NCBI GenBank assembly: GCA_937967235.1
Contig: CALCJW010000192.1
Coordinates: 4,533 to 68,532, forward strand
Direction: 5' to 3'
From: an uncultured Clostridia bacterium
GTDB lineage: Bacteria > Bacillota > Clostridia > Oscillospirales > Oscillospiraceae
Length of the DNA stretch: 64,000 nt
Part shown: piece by piece, positions 57,465-64,000 of the stretch
How the letters are laid out: each line of letters opens with the position of its first letter
Numbering within the stretch: the stretch's first letter is position 1
Translations under genes and position numbers: made by a program
Notes under the pieces: generated by a model
Database searches by the model: none
Told to the model about the DNA's origin: nothing
Seen by the model: only the letters and a program-made list of their open reading frames with translations

Positions 57465-57915
57465 TGTGCTCCACCTCCTCCGCAGCCGGAATCTTGCACC
57501 GCTCCAGATCGAGCGGGGTCATGCAGTACGGGTTAACGCGCTTCCCTGTCCGCAGGACGACCGGGTCGTAGACCAGGCGGCGTTCGCTGTCCACCATGCA
57601 AACCAGGATGTCTTGATCGGGCTTCACGATCGGAGCGTTGGTGTACTCCAGCATCCGCTCGTAATCGCTGTAACTGAGGTTCGCTTTCAGAGCGACGCCT
57701 CCAGCGTCGAACGTCAGGACGTTCTCGTCCTTGAATGTACGGAGATAGCCGCGGACGAAATACGGCTCGCCGGTCGTAAACGTGCCGTTGTCGATTCTGA
57801 CCGGCGCACCCACGACGCCGTATTCATCGGTCTGGCTCAGGTCGATGCGGACGACGGGGTACTGGTTGAAGTTGATCGCCGCGGCGATCTTGGTTCTGTT
57901 GGAAAGCACCTTCAT
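57457..57915 (-). CDS. hypothetical protein
   Basis: 152-aa ORF. Confidence 0.4.
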   Translation of the reverse strand: MKVLSNRTKIAAAINFNQYPVVRIDLSQTDEYGVVGAPVRIDNGTFTTGEPYFVRGYLRTFKDENVLTFDAGGVALKANLSYSDYERMLEYTNAPIVKPDQDILVCMVDSERRLVYDPVVLRTGKRVNPYCMTPLDLERCKIPAAEEVEHNA

Positions 57916-57930
57916 GGTTTAGACCTCCTG

Positions 57931-58590
57931 TCATTCGATGACGATCTGATAGTCGAGAGCATCCGACATCGGCAGACCGGGCTCACCGTCCCGGTCGTTG
58001 CTAGATGCAGAATAGAGCTTGTCGTGCCGTTCCCGCGGCATCGAGCCGGGTTCTGTGTACTTCCAGACCGTTCCCAGTTCATCAACGAACACCTCACGGC
58101 TGAGGTCGTCCGTACCGATGAAGTGCAGGCTCCTCACGTTGCCGGAGAGTCGAGCGGCCACAGCCAGGAGGTGAGCCTCGGTTTTCAGTTCTCGCTTGAC
58201 GTCCTGGCAGTCCTCGCCGAAATGCAGCTTGTACCACTCGATCGTCACAGACAGGTCGTCAGCCGCTTTGCGGAACCACCCGGCAACGAAGCTCTGGTTG
58301 ATGTCGGTGCGAACCTCAATCTGGGCGTGCTCGCTGTTCCAGAGGTTGGCCCTGGCTGCCTTCTCGCGGTCGTTGACGTAAGCTTTCAGGGGCCAGAAGC
58401 AGGTCGAATACTTCGTGCTGGAGAGCTTGCCGGACTTGCCGATCATGTGCAGGCAGATGTCTCCGCCATTCCAACCGGGGTCGCCGGGGATGTGCTCGAC
58501 GAAGTAGAGGGCGTTGTCGTGCTTGAAGTACGCGCCGGTGATCTCCACGATGTCCCCGGCCTTGATCTCCACGTTGTTCTTATCGGTCAT
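57931..58590 (-). CDS. hypothetical protein
   Basis: 219-aa ORF preceded by the conserved GGAGATAACTAACC-ATG leader. Confidence 0.45.
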   Translation of the reverse strand: MTDKNNVEIKAGDIVEITGAYFKHDNALYFVEHIPGDPGWNGGDICLHMIGKSGKLSSTKYSTCFWPLKAYVNDREKAARANLWNSEHAQIEVRTDINQSFVAGWFRKAADDLSVTIEWYKLHFGEDCQDVKRELKTEAHLLAVAARLSGNVRSLHFIGTDDLSREVFVDELGTVWKYTEPGSMPRERHDKLYSASSNDRDGEPGLPMSDALDYQIVIE

Positions 58591-58659
58591 GGTTAGTTAT
58601 CTCCTCTCAGGTGCTTGCGGGTTTGCAGCCGGTCGGCTGCTCTTGTTGGCTCCCACGAC

Positions 58660-58857
58660 CTACCCTGGCTGGCTTGCCAGGTGGTTTCGGCCTTCGCTAG
58701 ACTGAGTCCAGTAGTCGAAATCCTTCAGAACCTTCTCGCGGTTCTTCGGGGTGTCCGGCAGATTATAGCCGGAACGGTTGCCTCCGACGAACAGCTCCCC
58801 GCTGTCGTTGATGCCGCAGGCAATACCCAGTACCTTGTCTTCCTTGAAGATCGTCAT
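58660..58857 (-). CDS. small hypothetical protein
   Basis: 65-aa ORF. Confidence 0.35.
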   Translation of the reverse strand: MTIFKEDKVLGIACGINDSGELFVGGNRSGYNLPDTPKNREKVLKDFDYWTQSSEGRNHLASQPG

Positions 58858-58870
58858 GGCTGTTACCTCC

Positions 58871-59305
58871 TCACTTCATCAGGATGTCGTACAGGCGGGC
58901 TTTCAGGTGGACGTTTTCGTTCTCCAGGGCCATGACACGGCTCGCGGAGCTCTCGACGCCCTCCTCCAGTTCCTTGATCCTGTCGGCCTGCATCTTGATG
59001 ATGCTGTTCAGGTTGGCGATCTGCTCGTCCCTGCCGTCGATGTTCTTCTGCTTCTGGGCAACGGCCTCGGACAGTGCTTGCAAGCTGTCCGCCTGCTTGC
59101 GGTTCTCGACCAGGAGGCTGGCGGCCTCCTTCTGTGCGTCCTCGGCCCTCGCCTTCATGCTGCACATGAAGTCGTTGCCGATGTTGTCCTCTGCCATATC
59201 AAGGCACCCGTCGAAGGCAGCTGCAATGTAGCTGTCCTGGCCCAGTCCCTTGATGATCTCGGCGATCTTGTCGAGTGCTTCGCGCTCCTGCTGCTTCGTT
59301 GCCAT
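58871..59305 (-). CDS. coiled-coil protein
   Basis: 144-aa Glu/Ala/Lys-rich ORF. Confidence 0.45.
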   Translation of the reverse strand: MATKQQEREALDKIAEIIKGLGQDSYIAAAFDGCLDMAEDNIGNDFMCSMKARAEDAQKEAASLLVENRKQADSLQALSEAVAQKQKNIDGRDEQIANLNSIIKMQADRIKELEEGVESSASRVMALENENVHLKARLYDILMK

Positions 59306-59307
59306 GT

Positions 59308-59542
59308 TCAGTCCTCCTTGTTCTGTGCGTTCTGCTCGATCTGGAGCAGTTCATTGTAAATCCGGTTGGCTTCCTCGCTGGTCAGGTTGTACTGCTCGAT
59401 CAGGTCGGGAAGATCGCGGGCCCGCCAGCCGCCCTCGTACAGGGGGGGGCGCGGAATACTGGGTGTCGTACTCCTCCTGGCCGCCGCAGCGGAGATCATC
59501 GCGCCAGCTCTCGTAATCGGCCTCCGTCATGATCATCATCAT
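59308..59542 (-). pseudogene. small early gene split by a frameshift at a G8 (coding-strand C8) tract
   Basis: MMMIMTEADYESWRDDLRCGGQEEYDTQYSAPPP is in one frame, then PLYEGGWRARDLPDLIEQYNLTSEEANRIYNELLQIEQNAQNKED is in the -1 frame. The junction is at the homopolymer at 59452..59459. Confidence 0.4.
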
Positions 59543-59545
59543 GGC

Positions 59546-59725
59546 TTAGCCCTCCTTCTCGACACCCAGCAGCTCCAGGCTGCCATACACGCAGCCCTCG
59601 GCGATCTCACGGGCCTTCTTGCGAGCGGACGTGATGGACACGGCCTCGATCTTGCGGGTGGTCTGGTAGCCGCCGCTGCTCAGCTGGGGGTTGTGGCGGT
59701 AGTAGGTGGCGATGTAGGTCTTCAT
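59546..59725 (-). CDS. small hypothetical protein (59 aa)
   Basis: Manually translated MKTYIATYYRHNPQLSSGGYQTTRKIEAVSITSARKKAREIAEGCVYGSLELLGVEKEG with GAGGAGG RBS. Confidence 0.35.
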   Translation of the reverse strand: MKTYIATYYRHNPQLSSGGYQTTRKIEAVSITSARKKAREIAEGCVYGSLELLGVEKEG

Positions 59726-59737
59726 GGTTTTTCCTCC

Positions 59738-60076
59738 TCAGTAGCAAGCATGTGCGGTGTTGATGATCGTGTAGGCCATCATCTTGATTGCCTCTTCGAT
59801 TGGCGTGTTCAGGCTCGGAAGGCCCACGCACTCGACCATCTCGACATTGAGGTTGTCGCCGTGCTCGTCCTTCGCGTAGATCAGGCAGCCGTCCTCGTCT
59901 TCTACGAGCTCGATCGTGAAGCACGGCTTTTGATCTCCGTACTTCAGATAGCTCCAGAAGATGCTGGCCTTGGTCTTGTTGATGGCCTTGATCGACCACT
60001 TCCAGTTGGGGTCATTCTGGTTGGCCTCGGAAACCAGCCTGCGAATCAGGCCCTTGTGCTCGCGCAGATCGAACAT
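59738..60076 (-). CDS. hypothetical protein
   Basis: 112-aa ORF. Confidence 0.45.
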   Translation of the reverse strand: MFDLREHKGLIRRLVSEANQNDPNWKWSIKAINKTKASIFWSYLKYGDQKPCFTIELVEDEDGCLIYAKDEHGDNLNVEMVECVGLPSLNTPIEEAIKMMAYTIINTAHACY

Positions 60077-60079
60077 AGT

Positions 60080-60223
60080 TCAACCCTCCTTGACAAGCTG
60101 CACCATCTTGAAGATGCGAGCCCACTGCTCTTTGTTCATGCACCCCCCGTTGTTCACGAACTCCTTAGCGAAGCTGATCTCCTGCTCCATCTCGGCCTTG
60201 CTCATCTCATTCAGGTTTTTCAT
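60080..60223 (-). CDS. first small ORF of the leftward early operon (47 aa)
   Basis: MKNLNEMSKAEMEQEISFAKEFVNNGGCMNKEQWARIFKMVQLVKEG preceded by the conserved leader. Confidence 0.3.
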   Translation of the reverse strand: MKNLNEMSKAEMEQEISFAKEFVNNGGCMNKEQWARIFKMVQLVKEG

Positions 60224-60389
60224 GGTTAGTTATCCTTTCTCTTGTTCCTTAATTCTTTGGCTTATCTTCTATAAGTATTATACCACATTTGGATAACAAA
60301 TCAACATTTTTTAGTGTTTTCAAACAGAAGAAAACGCGAAAAATATTCCCAAATTTTTAGTTAGTCTGTATATCATACGGAGGGAAGAT
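60224..60389. promoter_or_regulatory. AT-rich divergent promoter/operator region between the CI-like repressor and the early operon
   Basis: About 70% AT in an otherwise ~58% GC prophage; flanked by divergent starts. Confidence 0.5.
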
Positions 60390-60788
60390 ATGACTATCTG
60401 TGAACGGCTCTTTGAAGAGCTAAAGCTCCGCGGGTTTACCGCGTACAGCCTGTCAAAAAGCATCGGAGTCAGCACTGCCACAATATCGAATTGGAAGCAG
60501 CGAAACACCGACCCGCCATCCAAGTGCATAATCCCAATTTGTGAATTTCTGGGATGTTCGATCGAATATTTGTTGACAGGTGAGGACACCGGGGCCCCTG
60601 TGGTCATAAAAAAAGAGCCCGTCCCCGGAATATCCGAGAACGGGCGCGAAATGCTGGCCTTGTATGAAAAGCTGTCAGAACGCGATCAGCTGCTCTTGCT
60701 GGGCCGTCTGCAAGAAATGGCCTCCCCCATGCTGGGCGACTCCAGGGAAAAGAACCAGAAGGACGACGCACGCAGCGCGGCAGGCTGA
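60390..60788 (+). CDS. CI-like XRE-family repressor
   Basis: N-terminal HTH LKLRGFTAYSLSKSIGVSTATISNWKQ. Divergent from the early operon. Confidence 0.7.
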   Translation: MTICERLFEELKLRGFTAYSLSKSIGVSTATISNWKQRNTDPPSKCIIPICEFLGCSIEYLLTGEDTGAPVVIKKEPVPGISENGREMLALYEKLSERDQLLLLGRLQEMASPMLGDSREKNQKDDARSAAG

Positions 60789-60891
60789 TCTATTTTGACT
60801 TCCAGACCGGGAAAATCCTGGAGCCGGAATGTTGAAAACTCGGTGAAAAACCTGTTTTATTTGCAGACCGCCGAAAGCCTGAAATAAAAAT

Positions 60892-61009
60892 AGGGGGCAA
60901 AAATTGCCCCTTATCTTGAGAATAGGGGGCAAAATCTGCCCCCTATTTGCCCATAAAGGGGGCAAAAATTGCCCCTTATCTTGAAAAATAGGGGGCAAAA
61001 TCTGCCCCC
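60892..61009. repeat. two ~54-bp direct repeats, each containing two GC stem-loops (GGGGCAAAAATTGCCCC and AGGGGGCAAAATCTGCCCCCT)
   Basis: Read directly at 60892..60945 and 60957..61009. Located between the repressor gene and the int-proximal genes. Confidence 0.5.
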
Positions 61010-61123
61010 ATAAATAGACGTTATATTATATAAGACGTTTAGTAAGACTATGTTGTTATAGTTATTTACTTACTTTCACACACAATTATTTTTTATTTTT
61101 GCGGACGGGGTGAAGTTTTCAAC

Positions 61124-61384
61124 ATGACGGGCTATATTCGCTGTCGCTCGTGCTTCGAGCTGTTCAACTGTGCCGACCTTGTGTCGGGCCTCTGCCCCGC
61201 TTGTGCGAAAATCAGAGCCGATCGGCTGTCTGATCTCCAGCGTGCATACCAGGCCGCCGTTGACGCTGGAGAGCCTGGAGCCTCGGAGCAGATCGCCGAT
61301 CTGATACGGGCATACCAGAGATCAGAGGGCGTCCGGCTGCGTACGAAGCGGGCCGAAAACCCGAATCCGATAAAACCGGCATAG
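61124..61384 (+). CDS. small zinc-ribbon protein
   Basis: CRSCFELFNCADLVSGLCPAC; preceded by an AT-rich region. Confidence 0.4.
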   Translation: MTGYIRCRSCFELFNCADLVSGLCPACAKIRADRLSDLQRAYQAAVDAGEPGASEQIADLIRAYQRSEGVRLRTKRAENPNPIKPA

Positions 61385-61475
61385 GAGGGCTTACAGCACG
61401 TTTTCGGTTCTGGAGGTAAAGAGAGATTCCGAAGCTACAAAACGTCGCTCAGGGCCCGCTCTGCGGCCTTGTGGC

Positions 61476-62561
61476 ATGATTCTGGCAGAATACAGGGAGG
61501 TGAGCGTTATTCCTGCGTACAAAGACAAGGAACGGGGTACATGGTACGCCTCGTTTTACTACACCGATTGGCAGGGCCACCGAAAGCTGAAAAAGAAACG
61601 GGGCTTTGCTCGGCAGAAGGACGCGAAGGCGTTCGAGGACGAATTTTTGAAGACCAGGGCCCAGAGCTGCGACATGACGTTCGGCTCGATGGTGGAGCTG
61701 TACCTGGACGACATGGAGCACAGGTTGAAGGCGAACACGATGCGCAACAAGCGGTATCTGTACAAAGCCCGCATCTTACCCTTCTTCCAGGACTTGAAGA
61801 TCAATGACATCACACCGGCCCACGTCCGCAAGTGGCAGAGCAATCTGCTCGCCGAGGGCGTCGCTCCCACCTATGCGAAGACGATCAACAACCAGCTATC
61901 CGCCGTGTTCAACTACGCCTGCCAGTATTACGGCCTTGCCCGGAACCCCGCGAAGGTGGCAGGCAGCATCGGCAAAGAGAACGCGGATGAAATGAAGTTC
62001 TGGACGGTGGACGAGTTCACGAAGGTTGTCGAGAACGTGCCGAAGCTCCCAGGCAGAACCGGCCTGTCCGTTCTGTTCTGGACGGGCCTGCGCATCGGTG
62101 AGCTGCTGGCCCTGACTCCGGCAGACATCAACCTGGAGGACTGCACGCTCTCGGTCAACAAGAGCTTCCAGACGATCGACGGCGAAGAGGTCGTGACAGA
62201 GCCGAAGACGCCGAAGAGCCGCCGTGTGCTGCCCATCCCGCCGAAGCTGGCCGATATGCTCAGGGTGTATCTGAACGCCCTGTACAAGCCTGACCCTGCC
62301 GATCGGCTGTTTCCCTTCACCAAGCACTACTTCCGCCAGCAGATGCAGAAGGGATGCAAAGCGGCCGGCATCGAGCCCATCCGCCTGCACGATCTCCGAC
62401 ACTCTCACGCTGCCCTGCTTATCCACCTGGGGACTCCGATCTTGATGGTGAGCGAGAGGCTGGGCCATGAGGACGTCGAAACGACGCTGCGGACATACGG
62501 GCATTTGTACCCGTCGGCGACGTCGGATGCGGTGAAAAAACTGAATGATTTGATGCGGTAA
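61476..62561 (+). CDS. int: tyrosine recombinase / phage integrase
   Basis: C-terminal RLHDLRHSHAALLIHLGTPILMVSERLGHEDVETTLRTYGHLY carries the R...HxxR...Y catalytic signature. The exact start codon is uncertain; the RBS is nearer an internal GTG. Confidence 0.85.
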   Translation: MILAEYREVSVIPAYKDKERGTWYASFYYTDWQGHRKLKKKRGFARQKDAKAFEDEFLKTRAQSCDMTFGSMVELYLDDMEHRLKANTMRNKRYLYKARILPFFQDLKINDITPAHVRKWQSNLLAEGVAPTYAKTINNQLSAVFNYACQYYGLARNPAKVAGSIGKENADEMKFWTVDEFTKVVENVPKLPGRTGLSVLFWTGLRIGELLALTPADINLEDCTLSVNKSFQTIDGEEVVTEPKTPKSRRVLPIPPKLADMLRVYLNALYKPDPADRLFPFTKHYFRQQMQKGCKAAGIEPIRLHDLRHSHAALLIHLGTPILMVSERLGHEDVETTLRTYGHLYPSATSDAVKKLNDLMR

Positions 62562-62589
62562 TGCCAAAATAATGCCACAGGGCAAAAAG

Positions 62590-62631
62590 AAAAGCCGAAA
62601 ACCCGGATGATTCCTAGGGTTTTCGGCTTTT
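62590..62631. terminator. bidirectional rho-independent terminator between int and guaA
   Basis: AAAAGCCGAAAACCC...GGGTTTTCGGCTTTT. Confidence 0.6.
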
Positions 62632-62633
62632 TG

Positions 62634-62652
62634 TCAATTATTCGAGCTCGAT
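62634..62652. repeat. prophage attachment-site core, int-proximal copy (attL-like), overlapping the guaA stop codon
   Basis: 19-bp exact match to 3691..3709; encodes ...IELE* of guaA. Confidence 0.7.
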
Positions 62653-64000
62653 CGTGGCCGGCGGCTTACCGGTGCAGTCGTAGAACACGCGGTTGACGTG
62701 CTTGACCTCATTGACGATGCGGCTGGTGACGGTGCCCAGAACGCTCCAGGGCATATCGTAGCTCTCGGCGGTCATGAAGTCGGTGGTGGTGACGGCACGG
62801 AGGGCCACGGCGTAGTCATAGGTGCGCTCGTCGCCCATGACGCCCACGCTCTGCATATTGGTCAGGGCAGCGTAATACTGGCTGATCTCCTTATCCAGAC
62901 CGGCCTTAGCGATTTCCTCACGCCAGATGGCATCGGCATCCTGCACGATAGCCACCTTCTCCGGGGTCACTTCGCCAATGATGCGGATGCCCAGACCCGG
63001 GCCGGGGAACGGCTGGCGGCTGACCAGATATTCGGGCAGGCCCAGCTCACGGCCGGCCTGACGCACCTCGTCCTTGAACAGGTTCCGCAGGGGCTCCACC
63101 AGTTCCTTGAAGTCCACGGTGTCGGGGAGGCCGCCTACGTTGTGGTGGCTCTTGATGACGGTGGACTCGCCGCCCAGGCCGCTTTCCACCACGTCGGGGT
63201 AGATGGTGCCCTGTGCTAGGAAGTCTACCTTGCCGATCTGCTTTGCCTGCTCCTCAAAGACCCGGATGAACTCCTCGCCGATGATCTTGCGCTTGCGCTC
63301 CGGCTCGGTGACGCCCTTCAGCTTGCTGAAGTAGCGGTCCCGGGCGTCCACGCAGATGAAGTTGATGTCAAAGCCGTTGGCATTGCCCGGGCCGAATACG
63401 GAGCAGACTTCCTCTTTTTCGTTCTTGCGCAGCAGGCCGTGGTCCACAAACACGCAGGTCAGCTGCTTGCCAATGGCCTTGGCCAGCATGGCTGCCAGCA
63501 CCGAGGAGTCCACGCCGCCGGACAGGGCGCACAGCACCTTGCCATCGCCGATGCGCTCCCGGAGAGCCTGGACGTTGTTCTCCACAAAGGAGTCCATCTT
63601 CCAGTCACCGGAGCAGCCGCAGACGTTGTACACAAAGTTCCGCAGCATCTTTTTGCCCTCAGCGGTGTGCAGCACTTCCGGGTGGAACTGCACGGCGTAG
63701 AGGCCCTTTTCCGCATTTTCCACAGCAGCCACAGGGCAGTTTGCGGTGTGGGCGGTGATCTTGAAGCCGGGGGCAGCCTGCTCAATGTAATCGTTGTGGC
63801 TCATCCAGCAGATGGTGGAGGGCTGCACATCGGCGAACAGCTTGCTCTGGGTGTCCACGAACACCTCAGTCTTGCCGTACTCACGCTCCGGTGCACGGCA
63901 GACATGGCCGCCCAGCAGATGCATCATCAGCTGGCTGCCGTAGCAGATGCCCAGCACGGGCACGCCCCAGCTGAAGATCTCCGGGTCGATCGTGGGGGAA
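62638..64000 (-). CDS. guaA: GMP synthase (glutamine-hydrolysing), 5' end beyond the window
   Basis: GATase catalytic GICYG region, ATP pyrophosphatase SGGVDSSV, and the C-terminal dimerisation domain. Confidence 0.9.
   Translation of the reverse strand, partial: SPTIDPEIFSWGVPVLGICYGSQLMMHLLGGHVCRAPEREYGKTEVFVDTQSKLFADVQPSTICWMSHNDYIEQAAPGFKITAHTANCPVAAVENAEKGLYAVQFHPEVLHTAEGKKMLRNFVYNVCGCSGDWKMDSFVENNVQALRERIGDGKVLCALSGGVDSSVLAAMLAKAIGKQLTCVFVDHGLLRKNEKEEVCSVFGPGNANGFDINFICVDARDRYFSKLKGVTEPERKRKIIGEEFIRVFEEQAKQIGKVDFLAQGTIYPDVVESGLGGESTVIKSHHNVGGLPDTVDFKELVEPLRNLFKDEVRQAGRELGLPEYLVSRQPFPGPGLGIRIIGEVTPEKVAIVQDADAIWREEIAKAGLDKEISQYYAALTNMQSVGVMGDERTYDYAVALRAVTTTDFMTAESYDMPWSVLGTVTSRIVNEVKHVNRVFYDCTGKPPATIELE

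Larger units (their letters stand above)
3691..62652. mobile_element. integrated tailed prophage, ~59 kb, PBSX-like contractile tail, inserted in the 3' end of guaA
   Basis: Bounded by 19-bp direct repeats. Contains integrase, CI-like repressor, replication/recombination genes, terminase, portal, capsid, sheath, tube, tape measure, baseplate, fibres, holin and endolysin. Confidence 0.85.

Noticed and set aside
60892-61009. Possible CRISPR array
   Set aside because: Only two repeat units, each itself an inverted-repeat pair. The intervening sequence is 12 bp rather than unique 30-40-bp spacers.

Overview
High-GC (~58%) Firmicutes/Clostridia-like chromosome segment; the Faecalibacterium/Oscillospiraceae-like host guess rests only on composition and the SCIFF locus. 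About 3.7 kb of host DNA lies at the left: a partial Orn/Lys/Arg-decarboxylase-fold PLP enzyme, the SCIFF ribosomal-peptide precursor with its radical-SAM/SPASM maturase, and a small hypothetical gene. The rest is a ~59 kb integrated tailed prophage (about 3.69-62.65 kb), with guaA at the right edge. The prophage sits in the 3' end of guaA. A 19-bp direct repeat, tcaattattcgagctcgat, recurs at both junctions: one copy overlaps the guaA stop next to the integrase, and the other lies next to the orphaned guaA terminator 59 kb away. Nearly all prophage genes are on the minus strand, in a PBSX-like order. Reading from high to low coordinates: a CI-like repressor and integrase (plus strand), a dense early region of small ORFs, DnaD-like and SbcD-SbcC fusion proteins, a frameshifted MT-A70 adenine methyltransferase carrying a C10 homopolymer tract, an ArpU-like late activator, then an unusual cluster (HAD-like protein, three ParB-N paralogs with one fused to a methyltransferase-like fold, and a CmoA-like carboxy-SAM synthase), followed by terminase, portal, protease/scaffold, capsid, contractile-tail genes including a -1 frameshifted chaperone and tape measure, baseplate, tail fibres, holin and an M15 endolysin. 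Inside the tail-fibre module is a complete diversity-generating retroelement (DGR): an accessory ORF, a 121-bp template repeat, a YMDD reverse transcriptase, and a target fibre protein whose lectin-like variable region differs from the template almost only at template adenines. No rRNA, tRNA or CRISPR arrays were seen. All calls come from manual reading and translation of the sequence and remembered family signatures; no database searches were run.
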